Source of the DNA: Octopus sinensis
Lineage: Eukaryota
Reading direction: 5' to 3'
NCBI RefSeq assembly: GCF_006345805.1
Contig: NC_043007.1
Span: 18,290,001 to 18,354,000 of the forward strand
Length of the DNA stretch: 64,000 nt
The number at the start of each line of letters is the position of its first letter. Within the stretch, counting starts at the first letter, position 1. The translations under genes and the position numbers were made by a program. This document shows positions 63,761-64,000 of this stretch, in pieces. The notes under the pieces were generated by a model. It was given only the letters and a program-made list of their open reading frames with translations, did not search any database and was not told the DNA's origin.

Positions 63761-64000
63761 CTCTCACACGTTCACACGTTGTACCAAAAGAAGTTCTATT
63801 CTTGCTGCTCTACAACCCTTTTCCTTCTGTTTTTTCAAACCCCTTTATTCCATATTTTGTAATATTTTCGCGCTCCTTTTCTCCTTATAATAGAATACTT
63901 CTCAACTTCAATTCGAAAATATTTTTCCTTAACTTCCAATTTTGGCAGAGGTGTTGCTTCTTTTTATTCACTCAGTGTTTTTTCCATTTCATATCTTCAT

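Noticed and set aside
62755-63862. 250-280 aa Leu/Ser-rich ORFs
   Set aside because: Translation of the CT-rich tract.

Overview
AT-rich, repeat-dense animal genomic DNA. The SINE and LINE families resemble those I recognise from Octopus (inference). One protein-coding gene is supported: a choline/ethanolamine kinase (CHKA/CHKB-like) on the minus strand. Five coding exons (62357-62239, 13441-13213, 11103-10970, 8271-8164, 5392-5334) splice in frame to 216 codons ending at the Brenner motif FCHNDLQE-G; the 3' exons were not found and probably lie left of the window. The first coding intron is about 48.8 kb. It holds a ~12.5 kb minisatellite (20/26-bp units) that expanded from the VNTR-like 3'UTR of an RTE-type LINE, plus many tRNA-derived SINEs, TTAA, hAT-type and Merlin-like MITEs, Tc1/mariner relics and microsatellites. 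Best leads: the LINE-seeded array with a CpG-decay variant code and higher-order repeats; a tRNA-headed element carrying a Penelope-type minimal hammerhead motif; a ~145-bp near-identical inverted duplication 10 kb apart; and candidate alternative first exons. Repeat boundaries are approximate unless TSDs/TIRs are cited. SINE family letters (A-E) are my own working labels.
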